Positions 1 to 8,298 of a stretch of 64,000 bases of DNA are shown here, one piece after another. Within the stretch, counting starts at the first letter, position 1, and every line of letters begins with the position of its first letter. The notes under the pieces were generated by a model. It ran no database searches, was not told where the DNA came from, and worked only from the letters and a program-made list of their open reading frames with translations. The DNA is from a virus: the IMG/VR virus record IMGVR_UViG_3300023213_000527. One strand, written 5' to 3'. The translations under genes were made by a program, and so were the position numbers.

Positions 1-427
1 TGGTAGTGCTGCTGCTATCGCAAGCGCAATCATTACAACTGATTGGAGGCGGAAGATTTTGAGGCAGAATAGCTACGAAAGGAGATCCATTAAACCGAAG
101 AAGATCGAAGAGATTGAAACGCAAAATGGGCAAAGATAAAACCGGAGGCCCAAAATTATTTTGCAGAACAGTTGCCATTCCTTGTTTAACAAAAATAACA
201 ACGTCAGCTAAAGTGCGATTGGTTAAGTTATGAAAATCTTGCCGAATTACCAAGATTCTTAATCCTTGCAAATGAACGTTGGTTGGGTAATTAGGATCTA
301 CCGCCACTCGGGCATCAAACTCAATATCAGTCATGGTATCGTTGATATAGAGCTGGCGTTGAAGCGTGAGAGTATTGATCGCATCAATATCAGAATTTAC
401 GAATATGATGGCGGGAGGCGGCTGCAT
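1..427 (-). CDS. Hypothetical protein, runs off the left window edge
   Basis: Manually translated open frame from ATG at 427 (MQPPPAIIFVNSDIDAINTL...) with no stop before base 1; divergent from the dUTPase operon. Confidence 0.65.
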   Translation of the reverse strand, partial: MQPPPAIIFVNSDIDAINTLTLQRQLYINDTMTDIEFDARVAVDPNYPTNVHLQGLRILVIRQDFHNLTNRTLADVVIFVKQGMATVLQNNFGPPVLSLPILRFNLFDLLRFNGSPFVAILPQNLPPPISCNDCACDSSSTT

Positions 428-502
428 AATTAAATGCAATAATATGGACTTGACAAAATTTTAGATATGATTATTTTCAGATGAAATCTATTTTGGAATA
501 AC

Positions 503-997
503 ATGGAAGAATTACCAACCTTTCGTTTTGCTTTGCGAGAAGATCTTAAGGGAGAGAAAAGATTTTTACCAACTCGAGCTGAGCCTTTGGCTACTGGTTG
601 GGATTGTCGAGCTGCCATGAGAGATAGAAAACCTCTTATTATCAGAGCTGGACAATATGTGAGAATTCCTCTTGGGTTTCGTTGCATGTGTCCGAGTAAT
701 TGGTGGTTTAAATTGGCGCCCCGTTCTTCATCTTTCGTTAAAAAGTCAATGCATGCGTTATATGGAGTGGTAGATGAAGCTTACAATCTGGAAATGTTAT
801 TTTGTTTTCAATACTTACCTGATTTAGGATCTTTAGGGCATGATCTTCGGATAGAATTTGGCGATGCTATTGCTCAAATTATTCCCGTTCGAAGGCAGGA
901 GATGAATGTTGAGGAAATTAGTAATGCTGATTTGGAAGAAATGTATCGAAAAAGAAATGCCGTTCGAAACGGTGGTTTCGGTAGCACGAGTAGGTAA
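503..997 (+). CDS. dut: dUTPase (trimeric family)
   Basis: Motifs PTRAEPLATGWD, LAPRSS, GVVDEAY, AQII and C-terminal RNGGFGST. Confidence 0.92.
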   Translation: MEELPTFRFALREDLKGEKRFLPTRAEPLATGWDCRAAMRDRKPLIIRAGQYVRIPLGFRCMCPSNWWFKLAPRSSSFVKKSMHALYGVVDEAYNLEMLFCFQYLPDLGSLGHDLRIEFGDAIAQIIPVRRQEMNVEEISNADLEEMYRKRNAVRNGGFGSTSR

Positions 998-1000
998 TTT

Positions 1001-1807
1001 ATGATAGACGTTTTTGACACACCCAAAGATCCCGAGAAAGATGTTGGGATTAAAATGGAGGAAAATTCAGATTTTGAACATTGGGAAAGTGATGTGGAAG
1101 ACGCAACGATTCCAATCGCTTCTCCAGAAGAGGAAGTTGTCATTGAAAAATTCTTTTCAAAAAACCCAAAATTAAAATCCCCCTGGCCTGCTGGCCGGGA
1201 TGTTTCTTCCTTTGAGATTGGTTCCTATGAATTTCATCCTGAGGAACCATGGATCCAAACTTATTCGGGAAGACGTTTTAATCCTACTAACCCAATATCT
1301 GATGCTATTGTTATTCAAGACATTGCTCATTCACTTTCGATGCTATGTAGATTCACGGGGCACTGTCGTCAATTTTATTCAGTTGCTCAGCATTGCGTTT
1401 TAGTTAGTTATATTTGTGACGAAGCCGATGCATTATGGGGCTTGATTCATGATTCATCGGAGGCGTTTCTTCAGGATTTACCTAAGCCATTAAAACGATC
1501 CGGCAAATTCGAGAGCTACATTGAATTCGAGAAGCAAATGCAATTAGCCATTTGTAAACGGTTTGAGCTTCCAGAAACGGAGCCCGCCTCTGTTAAGAAA
1601 GCCGATACCTTATTGCTCACCACAGAGGCACGAGATTTAATGTCTCCACTACATCCAGATTGGAAACAGCCAGTTGAACCTCTTCCATTCAAAATTGATC
1701 CGTGGGATCACGACAAGGCAGAAGATATGTTTATGAAACGTTTTTTCGAATTGGTCGGACATCCGAAATCTTTCGGGCGTTATATGGCATCTAAGTATGA
1801 TCGATAA
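1001..1807 (+). CDS. HD-domain phosphohydrolase (YfbR/5'-deoxynucleotidase-like) with acidic N-terminal extension
   Basis: WIQTYSG..F, DIAHSLSMLCRFTGH, YSVAQHC, LIHDSSEAFLQDLPKPLK. Confidence 0.85.
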   Translation: MIDVFDTPKDPEKDVGIKMEENSDFEHWESDVEDATIPIASPEEEVVIEKFFSKNPKLKSPWPAGRDVSSFEIGSYEFHPEEPWIQTYSGRRFNPTNPISDAIVIQDIAHSLSMLCRFTGHCRQFYSVAQHCVLVSYICDEADALWGLIHDSSEAFLQDLPKPLKRSGKFESYIEFEKQMQLAICKRFELPETEPASVKKADTLLLTTEARDLMSPLHPDWKQPVEPLPFKIDPWDHDKAEDMFMKRFFELVGHPKSFGRYMASKYDR

Positions 1808-2039
1808 AAATCAATCTGTTCCCAAACGTTATTATGACGTTCGTGTAGAAGCTATGCTTCCTGCTACTATCACTTATCGAGTGTTGGCAGAAGATCCTGA
1901 ACAAGCCTTTACTTTAATTAAAACCGTGCCACCCACTTCCGTTAAGCCTAAACTTATAGGAAGAAAAGAAATCAAAGCGATGGTGTATGATAGCGGAACC
2001 ACCATGCTCCGATTAATCAAAAACATATTGGGACGTTGA
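1797..2039 (+). CDS. Hypothetical protein
   Basis: 80-aa ORF translationally coupled on both sides within the operon. Confidence 0.7.
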   Translation: MIDKNQSVPKRYYDVRVEAMLPATITYRVLAEDPEQAFTLIKTVPPTSVKPKLIGRKEIKAMVYDSGTTMLRLIKNILGR

Positions 2040-2524
2040 TGTATGACACATTTTTAGTTAGAGCTAAATCCAAGACTGGTTTGGGAATTTTTACCACGGT
2101 CTTCATTCCTCCCAACGTTCCCGTCTTGGAATTCACTGGAGAAATTTTTCCTGAAGAAAAACTTCGCCATGAAGATTCTAAACTTCTTCAAGTTGGACTT
2201 CATACGTGGTTGGGCCCATCTGGCAGATCGGACGATTACGTTAATCACAGTTGTGCCCCTAATTGTGGACTTCATATTGTTGGCAATCGAGCCTTTCTTT
2301 ATTCGCTTTACGTGATTCCAGCTAACAACGAAATCACTTTTGATTATTCAACCAGCTCCACCGATACCATTGGAGATTGGAAGATGGAATGTTTATGCGG
2401 CGCTCCCAATTGCCGTCAGATAATTAGCGGTTTTCAATATCTTAATCCTGAGCTTCAAGCTGATTACCAAAAAAAAGGATTAGTTCCACTATTTATGACT
2501 AATCAAATGTTCTCGGGAAGATGA
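2036..2524 (+). CDS. SET-domain protein-lysine methyltransferase with post-SET Zn site
   Basis: GLGIFT, YVNHSCAPNC, EITFDY and post-SET CLCGAPNC. Confidence 0.88.
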   Translation: MMYDTFLVRAKSKTGLGIFTTVFIPPNVPVLEFTGEIFPEEKLRHEDSKLLQVGLHTWLGPSGRSDDYVNHSCAPNCGLHIVGNRAFLYSLYVIPANNEITFDYSTSSTDTIGDWKMECLCGAPNCRQIISGFQYLNPELQADYQKKGLVPLFMTNQMFSGR

Positions 2525-2531
2525 GAATTTC

Positions 2532-3170
2532 ATGTCAGGATTAGCCTACTATTGTGTTGATTTAGAAACCAGCGGATTGCGTTCTAAATATCATGAGGTT
2601 TTCGAAATCAGTATTATTAGAGCAACAGATCGAATGCAACTCTGTAAAAATATTAGGTGTGAATTTCCTGAGCGCAGTTCTTATGATGCTTTGCAAGTAA
2701 CAGGTAAAACCTTAGTTGATTTGGAACAAGGGCTCACTAGAGAAAAAGTGGTAGATGAATGCGAAAAATTCTTTGCTGAAGATGGATTAACGCCGGCCCA
2801 TCGTTGCATTGTTGGACACAACATTTATACTTTTGATAGAAAATTTCTTCATGCTTTATGGGAAAGTGTCGGAAAAGAATTTCCAGCGCATCTTTGGATG
2901 GATACCATTCCTATGATTAAATGTTATGCGAAACAGATTGGACTGGTGAAACCGAGAGTAAATTTACATGCTGCTTGTGATATTGCGGGCATCAAAAAAT
3001 TTGCCCAAGCTCATTCCGCTAAAATTGATTCTCGTAACAGTTATCTTTTGTGGAAAAATTTGGTAGAAGATAAAAAAATGGATCACCTAAATTTTATTAA
3101 AACAGCCGCTCATACTATCGCACCAAACGGTGATGAACCATTAAATATCGATTCATTGGACGTTGAATGA
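2532..3170 (+). CDS. DEDDh 3'-5' exonuclease (DnaQ/Pol III epsilon-like)
   Basis: VDLETSG (ExoI), GHNIYTFD (ExoII), AHSAKID (ExoIII). Confidence 0.85.
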   Translation: MSGLAYYCVDLETSGLRSKYHEVFEISIIRATDRMQLCKNIRCEFPERSSYDALQVTGKTLVDLEQGLTREKVVDECEKFFAEDGLTPAHRCIVGHNIYTFDRKFLHALWESVGKEFPAHLWMDTIPMIKCYAKQIGLVKPRVNLHAACDIAGIKKFAQAHSAKIDSRNSYLLWKNLVEDKKMDHLNFIKTAAHTIAPNGDEPLNIDSLDVE

Positions 3171-3541
3171 TCTTCTTTGTTCTTGTTCTTCATGCTATAG
3201 CTCTTTTATTGTTAATGCGCACTATTTGGTGGATGTCTAAACAACATCAAATTTTGCCTACCATTCATAATTTACTTATCCTTGGACTTTGGGCATTTGG
3301 ATTGCTCTTTGCGATCTATCTCTCTGTTTCGCACCCTTGGATTTATCTTGGGGTTGGTGCTGTTCTCGGATTGTTTCAATTCGTAATCGATTCTATTGAA
3401 CTTCCAGGAAGACCCAATTATAGTGTTTCAACCAAAATAGCTTTAGCTATCCCAGTAGTTCTAGCCTGGCCGGAATGGATTAGTTTTACCATCTTTTGCA
3501 TTTGGCACGCTGACAAAATTAACCTTGATGAAGAATTCTAG
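3167..3541 (+). CDS. Small integral membrane protein
   Basis: About four hydrophobic segments; ATGA coupling to the upstream gene. Confidence 0.7.
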   Translation: MIFFVLVLHAIALLLLMRTIWWMSKQHQILPTIHNLLILGLWAFGLLFAIYLSVSHPWIYLGVGAVLGLFQFVIDSIELPGRPNYSVSTKIALAIPVVLAWPEWISFTIFCIWHADKINLDEEF

Positions 3542-4184
3542 TCTTGACACCTTTTACGCAGAATTGAGCAAGCATATCCTAATAGTTCAATCTTTTATGG
3601 AGATAAAGAACTTTAGTTTTCTTATTCGAGCTTGCCGCCTTAAGCCTTATTCTTGTATTTTCAAGAAACAAGAACCGAGATTACTACTTTACAGATGGTG
3701 GTTTGACGAATTTGGCAATTCTCTCAAAATTGACAACTATAAAAAAGTTACTATTGTTCAAAATGATCTTGCTTTAGATAGAGATAAAATTGCTTGCACT
3801 GACTTATATTTTGGATTGTCATTAGCAAACGTTGCTAAAATTAGCAAATTATTACATGTGTGCAGCGGAAAAGAGAGTAACTATTTGCATCAGGATTATG
3901 TTTTTTTATCCTTTCTTGGCATCGATAATTATCTTAGAACATATTTGCATTTGGGAGAATGGCAACAAGTTTCTCCATTGCTGCTCGGACTAGAAAATTT
4001 GCGCTTTTTAGCCAATAACAAAGAAATTAACCACATTTTGCACATGGAAGATGAAACACATACGCCTATTCCCAGCACACGCTCGCACCAGTGGTTGGCC
4101 GCTTCTTCTCAAAGCAAGATGTTGATGGACTTGATCAGAAAGCAACATGAAACTGCCAGCAAACTTTTAGAAGGGATATTTTGA
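3525..4184 (+). CDS. Hypothetical protein
   Basis: 219-aa ORF within the operon; no motif recognised. Confidence 0.7.
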   Translation: MMKNSSLDTFYAELSKHILIVQSFMEIKNFSFLIRACRLKPYSCIFKKQEPRLLLYRWWFDEFGNSLKIDNYKKVTIVQNDLALDRDKIACTDLYFGLSLANVAKISKLLHVCSGKESNYLHQDYVFLSFLGIDNYLRTYLHLGEWQQVSPLLLGLENLRFLANNKEINHILHMEDETHTPIPSTRSHQWLAASSQSKMLMDLIRKQHETASKLLEGIF

Positions 4185-4409
4185 ATGGAAAACAAAAGAC
4201 AACGGTTAGAACTTGACGGTGTAGTAATTGAAGCTAATAAAGGAAAGTTTAAAGTGAAAGTAAATGATGCTTTGACCGTGCTATGCACTTTAAGCGGAAA
4301 AATTCGACAAAATTCCGTCAAAATTTTGATTGGAGATATTGTTACCGTTGAAGTATCCGAATATGACACTTCCATGGGACGTATTGTTTATCGTCACAAA
4401 ATTAATTAA
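4185..4409 (+). CDS. infA: Translation initiation factor IF-1
   Basis: OB-fold IF-1 pattern: LELDGVVIEA..KFKV, CTLSGKIRQNSVKILIGDIVTVEVSEYDTSMGRIVYRHK. Confidence 0.9.
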   Translation: MENKRQRLELDGVVIEANKGKFKVKVNDALTVLCTLSGKIRQNSVKILIGDIVTVEVSEYDTSMGRIVYRHKIN

Positions 4410-5166
4410 TATCGTTGAGAAATAGAAAATGTTCGACAGAGTCGCGATGAATAAAGAAAGTTGTGCTAGGCAAACCCCTAATCAAAAAAGAACAAATACC
4501 AATTAAATGTCCATCAGAATCAAATACTCCGCCCCCAGAATTTCCGTAGTAAGCGGCAGTAGTTATTTGAAAAACTTTCACTTTAACATCAGTATGAATT
4601 TTAATTTCTCGTGCTTGAGACACAACGCCCGGCATGTAGGAAAACCAAAAACCCTTTGGATGTCCGACAATCTGAACATGTATTCCATCCGCCAATTCTT
4701 TGGTAGAAAGGGTAACATGAGAATGTTCCGGAATTTTAATTTTAGATAGTGAGCCCTTCAAATCGATAATCAAAGCTAAATCATGATTTCTGTCTGTAGC
4801 CGCAACAATGGCTGTATGCGGATCATGCAACATATCTCCGGGGTTTTTATCTTTCATTTCTTCCCAAGTCTTGAATTGAATTTTATCTCCAATAGGATTT
4901 TCGCTTTCATCTTCGACATCTTGGGCTACACAATGATAAGCAGTAAGTATTGTGGTATCATTCATCCAGACACCACCACAATAAGTGGAGTAATCTTTAG
5001 CCTCACCTTCAACAGGACTATAAACCAAAGCTACTGTGGATTGACGTAAATGTTCAATCATAACCGCGTCAGGATCTGGCACGTTGGATTTAGGAATACA
5101 ACCAGTGGATACAAGAATGAGAAAACTAAGAATAAAAGCCCAAGAACAACGGACTAGTTTTGACAT
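4402..5166 (-). CDS. Trypsin-like (S1) serine protease, predicted lipoprotein
   Basis: Triad motifs TAYHCV, DLALI, GNSGGG; hydrophobic N-terminus ending in a lipobox-like VSTGC. Confidence 0.85.
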   Translation of the reverse strand: MSKLVRCSWAFILSFLILVSTGCIPKSNVPDPDAVMIEHLRQSTVALVYSPVEGEAKDYSTYCGGVWMNDTTILTAYHCVAQDVEDESENPIGDKIQFKTWEEMKDKNPGDMLHDPHTAIVAATDRNHDLALIIDLKGSLSKIKIPEHSHVTLSTKELADGIHVQIVGHPKGFWFSYMPGVVSQAREIKIHTDVKVKVFQITTAAYYGNSGGGVFDSDGHLIGICSFLIRGLPSTTFFIHRDSVEHFLFLNDIN

Positions 5167-5263
5167 AACTATATTATGTGGAATTAGTCATAGACAAAAA
5201 GATTTTGCATTGAATTAAGAGGTGGTTATATTGGGCTTTGGCATTTATCACGGGAGAAGTTTG

Positions 5264-6280
5264 ATGATTCGTGAAAGTTTCTGTTTTGATGATCTGTTGC
5301 TTGTTCCTAAATTTTCCACTGTTTCCAGTCGTTCCAAAGTGGATTTATCTGTAAAAATCCGAGACTTTACCTATCGGCATCCTTTCATTCCTGCTAACAT
5401 GAAAACTATTATGGGCAAAGATATGGCGGGGGTAGTCGCTAAAAGTGGTGGGCTGGCTATTCTGCATCGCTTTAGTCCAATCGAAGAGCAAATAAGCATT
5501 GCTTCTGATTTGATTAAAGCATTTGGCGCGGCTTATGTTAGTGTTTCTGTTGGTGTCAAAGAAAATGATAAGGAATATATAGATCGTTTTGTGAACGCTG
5601 GTGTTAGGGTGATTTGTATTGATATCGCTCATGGACATTCAGTTCATGGAATTGGAATGACAAAATGGATTCGAGAGCGTTATCCTGATGTTCTGTTAAT
5701 ATCTGGAAATGTGGCAACGGGGAGGGGAGCGGAAGATTTATGGAAAGCGGGAGCAGATATAGTAAAGATTGGATGCGGAAACGGTTCTTTGTGCACCACA
5801 CGAGTTATGACGGGTAATGGCGTCCCGCAGATGTCTGCTCTAATGGATGTTGCCGAAAATCGAGAGAAATTGCAACGTGAGATTGGTAGACCTATTTATT
5901 TCATCTCCGATGGTGGTGCAACAGTTCCGGGAGATTTTACCAAGGCACTATGTTTCGCAGACATGGTCATGAGCGGGCACAGCTTTGCTGGATGTTTGGA
6001 GACGGCAAGTTTGAGCAAAATGATTGATGGAATTCTTCATAAGGAATACACCGGTAGCTCAACTTATAAGAGCAATCATATCGAAGGTGTCTTGGCTTGG
6101 GTTCCAGCCAAAGGCTCATTTGAGGAAGTTTTAGCAACTCTTCGAGAAAATCTTCAATCTGGTTGTTCTTATCAAGGTGCCCACAATCTAAATCAACTTA
6201 AAGAAAAGCCTGAATTCGTTAAGATTAGCAGTGCGAGTTGGAAAGAAAGTAATGCTCATAATGTCGTGGTAACAGAATGA
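5264..6280 (+). CDS. guaC: GMP reductase / IMP dehydrogenase family protein, no CBS domains, GuaC-like
   Basis: FDDLLLVP, PANM, DIAHGHS, GNVAT, catalytic KIGCGNGSLCTTR, DGG; flap KEYTGSS resembles GuaC more than IMPDH YRGMGS; start moved to ATG 5264 after GGAG. Confidence 0.8.
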   Translation: MIRESFCFDDLLLVPKFSTVSSRSKVDLSVKIRDFTYRHPFIPANMKTIMGKDMAGVVAKSGGLAILHRFSPIEEQISIASDLIKAFGAAYVSVSVGVKENDKEYIDRFVNAGVRVICIDIAHGHSVHGIGMTKWIRERYPDVLLISGNVATGRGAEDLWKAGADIVKIGCGNGSLCTTRVMTGNGVPQMSALMDVAENREKLQREIGRPIYFISDGGATVPGDFTKALCFADMVMSGHSFAGCLETASLSKMIDGILHKEYTGSSTYKSNHIEGVLAWVPAKGSFEEVLATLRENLQSGCSYQGAHNLNQLKEKPEFVKISSASWKESNAHNVVVTE

Positions 6281-6909
6281 AAGAATATGTTAACAAAGTT
6301 GAATTGATTGGAACGTACGGCAGTGATGAAACGCATGCACTAAGTGCTTGGACTTCTACTTCTCGAGAATTAACAGAAGAGAAACGTGGAAGAATGAACA
6401 AACTTCTCAATATGTTAGCTAAAGAAGGGCATCACACCGTTTTTGAAAAAAGTTCGTTACATTTCCTGATCACAACCGAGATAGCAACGCATATTCAGCT
6501 GCTCAAACATCGCATTGGAATTTCAACGAATGCAGAAAGCGCACGCTACAAAGAACTAAAAGATGATAAATTTTACATCCCACATGATTGGTGCGAAGAT
6601 GAGCAAATAAAATTAATCCAGCATTGTCAGGAAAGTTTTCTTAAATATCACGAGACATTAGCGCGATTAATAGCAGGTGGCATGCCTAAAAAACGAGCTA
6701 AAGAAAGTGCTCGTTTTTATTTACCCTATGCAAATCAAATCACTGCAGATGTAATGTTTAATTTTCGGTCTTTCATGCATTTTATGGGATTACGAAACAA
6801 CGAATATGCTCAAATGGAAATTAAAGAAATTGCAAATCAGATGTTAAAACTGGTGGCAAAAACAGGTCAATTCACCATGTCACTTAATGCTTTTGGATGG
6901 AATAATTAA
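6277..6909 (+). CDS. thyX: Flavin-dependent thymidylate synthase
   Basis: HHTVFEKS, KHRIGISTNAESARY, KESARFYLP, NFRSFMHF..LR...AQMEI. Confidence 0.92.
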   Translation: MKEYVNKVELIGTYGSDETHALSAWTSTSRELTEEKRGRMNKLLNMLAKEGHHTVFEKSSLHFLITTEIATHIQLLKHRIGISTNAESARYKELKDDKFYIPHDWCEDEQIKLIQHCQESFLKYHETLARLIAGGMPKKRAKESARFYLPYANQITADVMFNFRSFMHFMGLRNNEYAQMEIKEIANQMLKLVAKTGQFTMSLNAFGWNN

Positions 6910-6931
6910 AAAAACAATAAAAGCAAGATAC

Positions 6932-7318
6932 TCATCGGAATCTATCTTTCCTGCACTGCCAGCACATAAAAGTTCCGTCTTCTTGATTAACTTCTGCATA
7001 TTGACAGAATTCTTGACAATGAGCGCATGTCACTCCATCCAGTAGGGAACGCACTTTATAAATGGCACCATCAGAAATATACAAAACATTTTCCCCAATG
7101 TATCTCGAATCGATTTTGAGAACTGCACACTGGGCAGCATTGATTTCGATAGCATTTTTAATCGTCAAATATACTGGGACGTATAAATAATATCCAAAAT
7201 TGTCTAGTCCGACAATTTCCAGCGTGAGAATTTTATCGTAGTCATTGCTGTATGGACTGACCGTTGCATTGGACTGGCACTTGACTTCCACCCGGTCGCC
7301 AGGTTTAAGCCGAGCCAT
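6932..7318 (-). CDS. Hypothetical protein with C-terminal Zn finger
   Basis: CAHC...CWQC. Confidence 0.7.
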   Translation of the reverse strand: MARLKPGDRVEVKCQSNATVSPYSNDYDKILTLEIVGLDNFGYYLYVPVYLTIKNAIEINAAQCAVLKIDSRYIGENVLYISDGAIYKVRSLLDGVTCAHCQEFCQYAEVNQEDGTFMCWQCRKDRFR

Positions 7319-7366
7319 GCATAGAATACTTAATTATGTAGAATTAGAAAATTATTTCGTTGGTGT

Positions 7367-7705
7367 TCAACTAAACGCTAGATAACCCATTACCTGATCA
7401 TGGTATTTCTGATATTCAGGAATATATTTTTGATACCATTCAATTTGCCATTTAATATCTGACCAAACCCATTTATGTTCTATATATTGCATTAACAATG
7501 CTAGATTGCCAGCCACATTGAGATTTCTTCGAGAATAAATATCAATCAGGGCGGCGCCGGCGGCGCCGTGATGTGCGGCGGTGGAGTAGGAAGTAGTGGC
7601 AGCAGCGACCTCGATAAAATCATCATCCACGATAGTGACTTCGTATCGAAACTGATCTGTTTTTGGATCAGAATCCAGATATTTCCATTCACAAGATTGA
7701 AACAT
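7367..7705 (-). CDS. Hypothetical protein, paralogue A of 37827..38165
   Basis: From ATG 7705 it has 112 aa, the same length as and collinear with 37827..38165 (MF.SCEWKYLD.DPKTDQ..., IYSRRNLNVAGNL, KYHDQVM). Confidence 0.75.
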   Translation of the reverse strand: MFQSCEWKYLDSDPKTDQFRYEVTIVDDDFIEVAAATTSYSTAAHHGAAGAALIDIYSRRNLNVAGNLALLMQYIEHKWVWSDIKWQIEWYQKYIPEYQKYHDQVMGYLAFS

Positions 7706-7754
7706 TTTTACATTTATAAATAGCAGAAGACTCTCGCTTTCAAGCAAGAATAAT

Positions 7755-8246
7755 TCACTTTTCTTCGCTTTTTGAAGGCTCTTCGTAATAAAAAACAGAT
7801 ACACCCTTCTCTACGCAAAACTTATCTACCAACTCAGGAAGTTCAGGAATAGCCTTAATCAAAACAGACGAAACATGAATGCTAGCCTTTTCATAAAGGG
7901 CTCGCCCCGTTACTTTTTTTAAGCATTCTTCCAACGCCTTTATGTCTGTTTTAAGATCTTCATTTTGGCACAAACAATGAATAATCCAAACGTCGCTTTG
8001 AACCGCTAATTCCGAAATAAAACCAAATTTATAAGCGCCTGTCTTCTGAGCAAAAACGCCTCGAGCGTCAGCTCTTACTTTGCTCCACTTTTTGTCGAAA
8101 ACAGGAAGCAATGGATTTCCTTCGGGTTTTCCCGCTAAATTAATAGGGGATAGAATGAATTTTAATCCGCCCATTTCGGGTGTAGTAATGCTTCCTTTGA
8201 TGATTTTAACAGCGCCTTTGAGTTGAAATGTTTTAGTTGCTTTCAT
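7755..8246 (-). CDS. Macro-domain-like protein (Poa1p/TARG1/DarG-like, degenerate)
   Basis: IIKGSIT.P, ILSPINLAG, FDKKW, IIHCLCQ, KALEECLKKV...ASIHV, VSVFY follow the Poa1p-like macro pattern; the PRIGCG loop is missing. Confidence 0.55.
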   Translation of the reverse strand: MKATKTFQLKGAVKIIKGSITTPEMGGLKFILSPINLAGKPEGNPLLPVFDKKWSKVRADARGVFAQKTGAYKFGFISELAVQSDVWIIHCLCQNEDLKTDIKALEECLKKVTGRALYEKASIHVSSVLIKAIPELPELVDKFCVEKGVSVFYYEEPSKSEEK

Positions 8247-8298
8247 GTTTTCCTTTTCAAATTGATTAATCTGCCACACTCCATATATCATCGTCGAG

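Noticed and set aside
1001-1807. DatZ of a 2-aminoadenine (Z) genome
   Set aside because: It is a generic phage HD family protein, and no purZ or mazZ is in the window.
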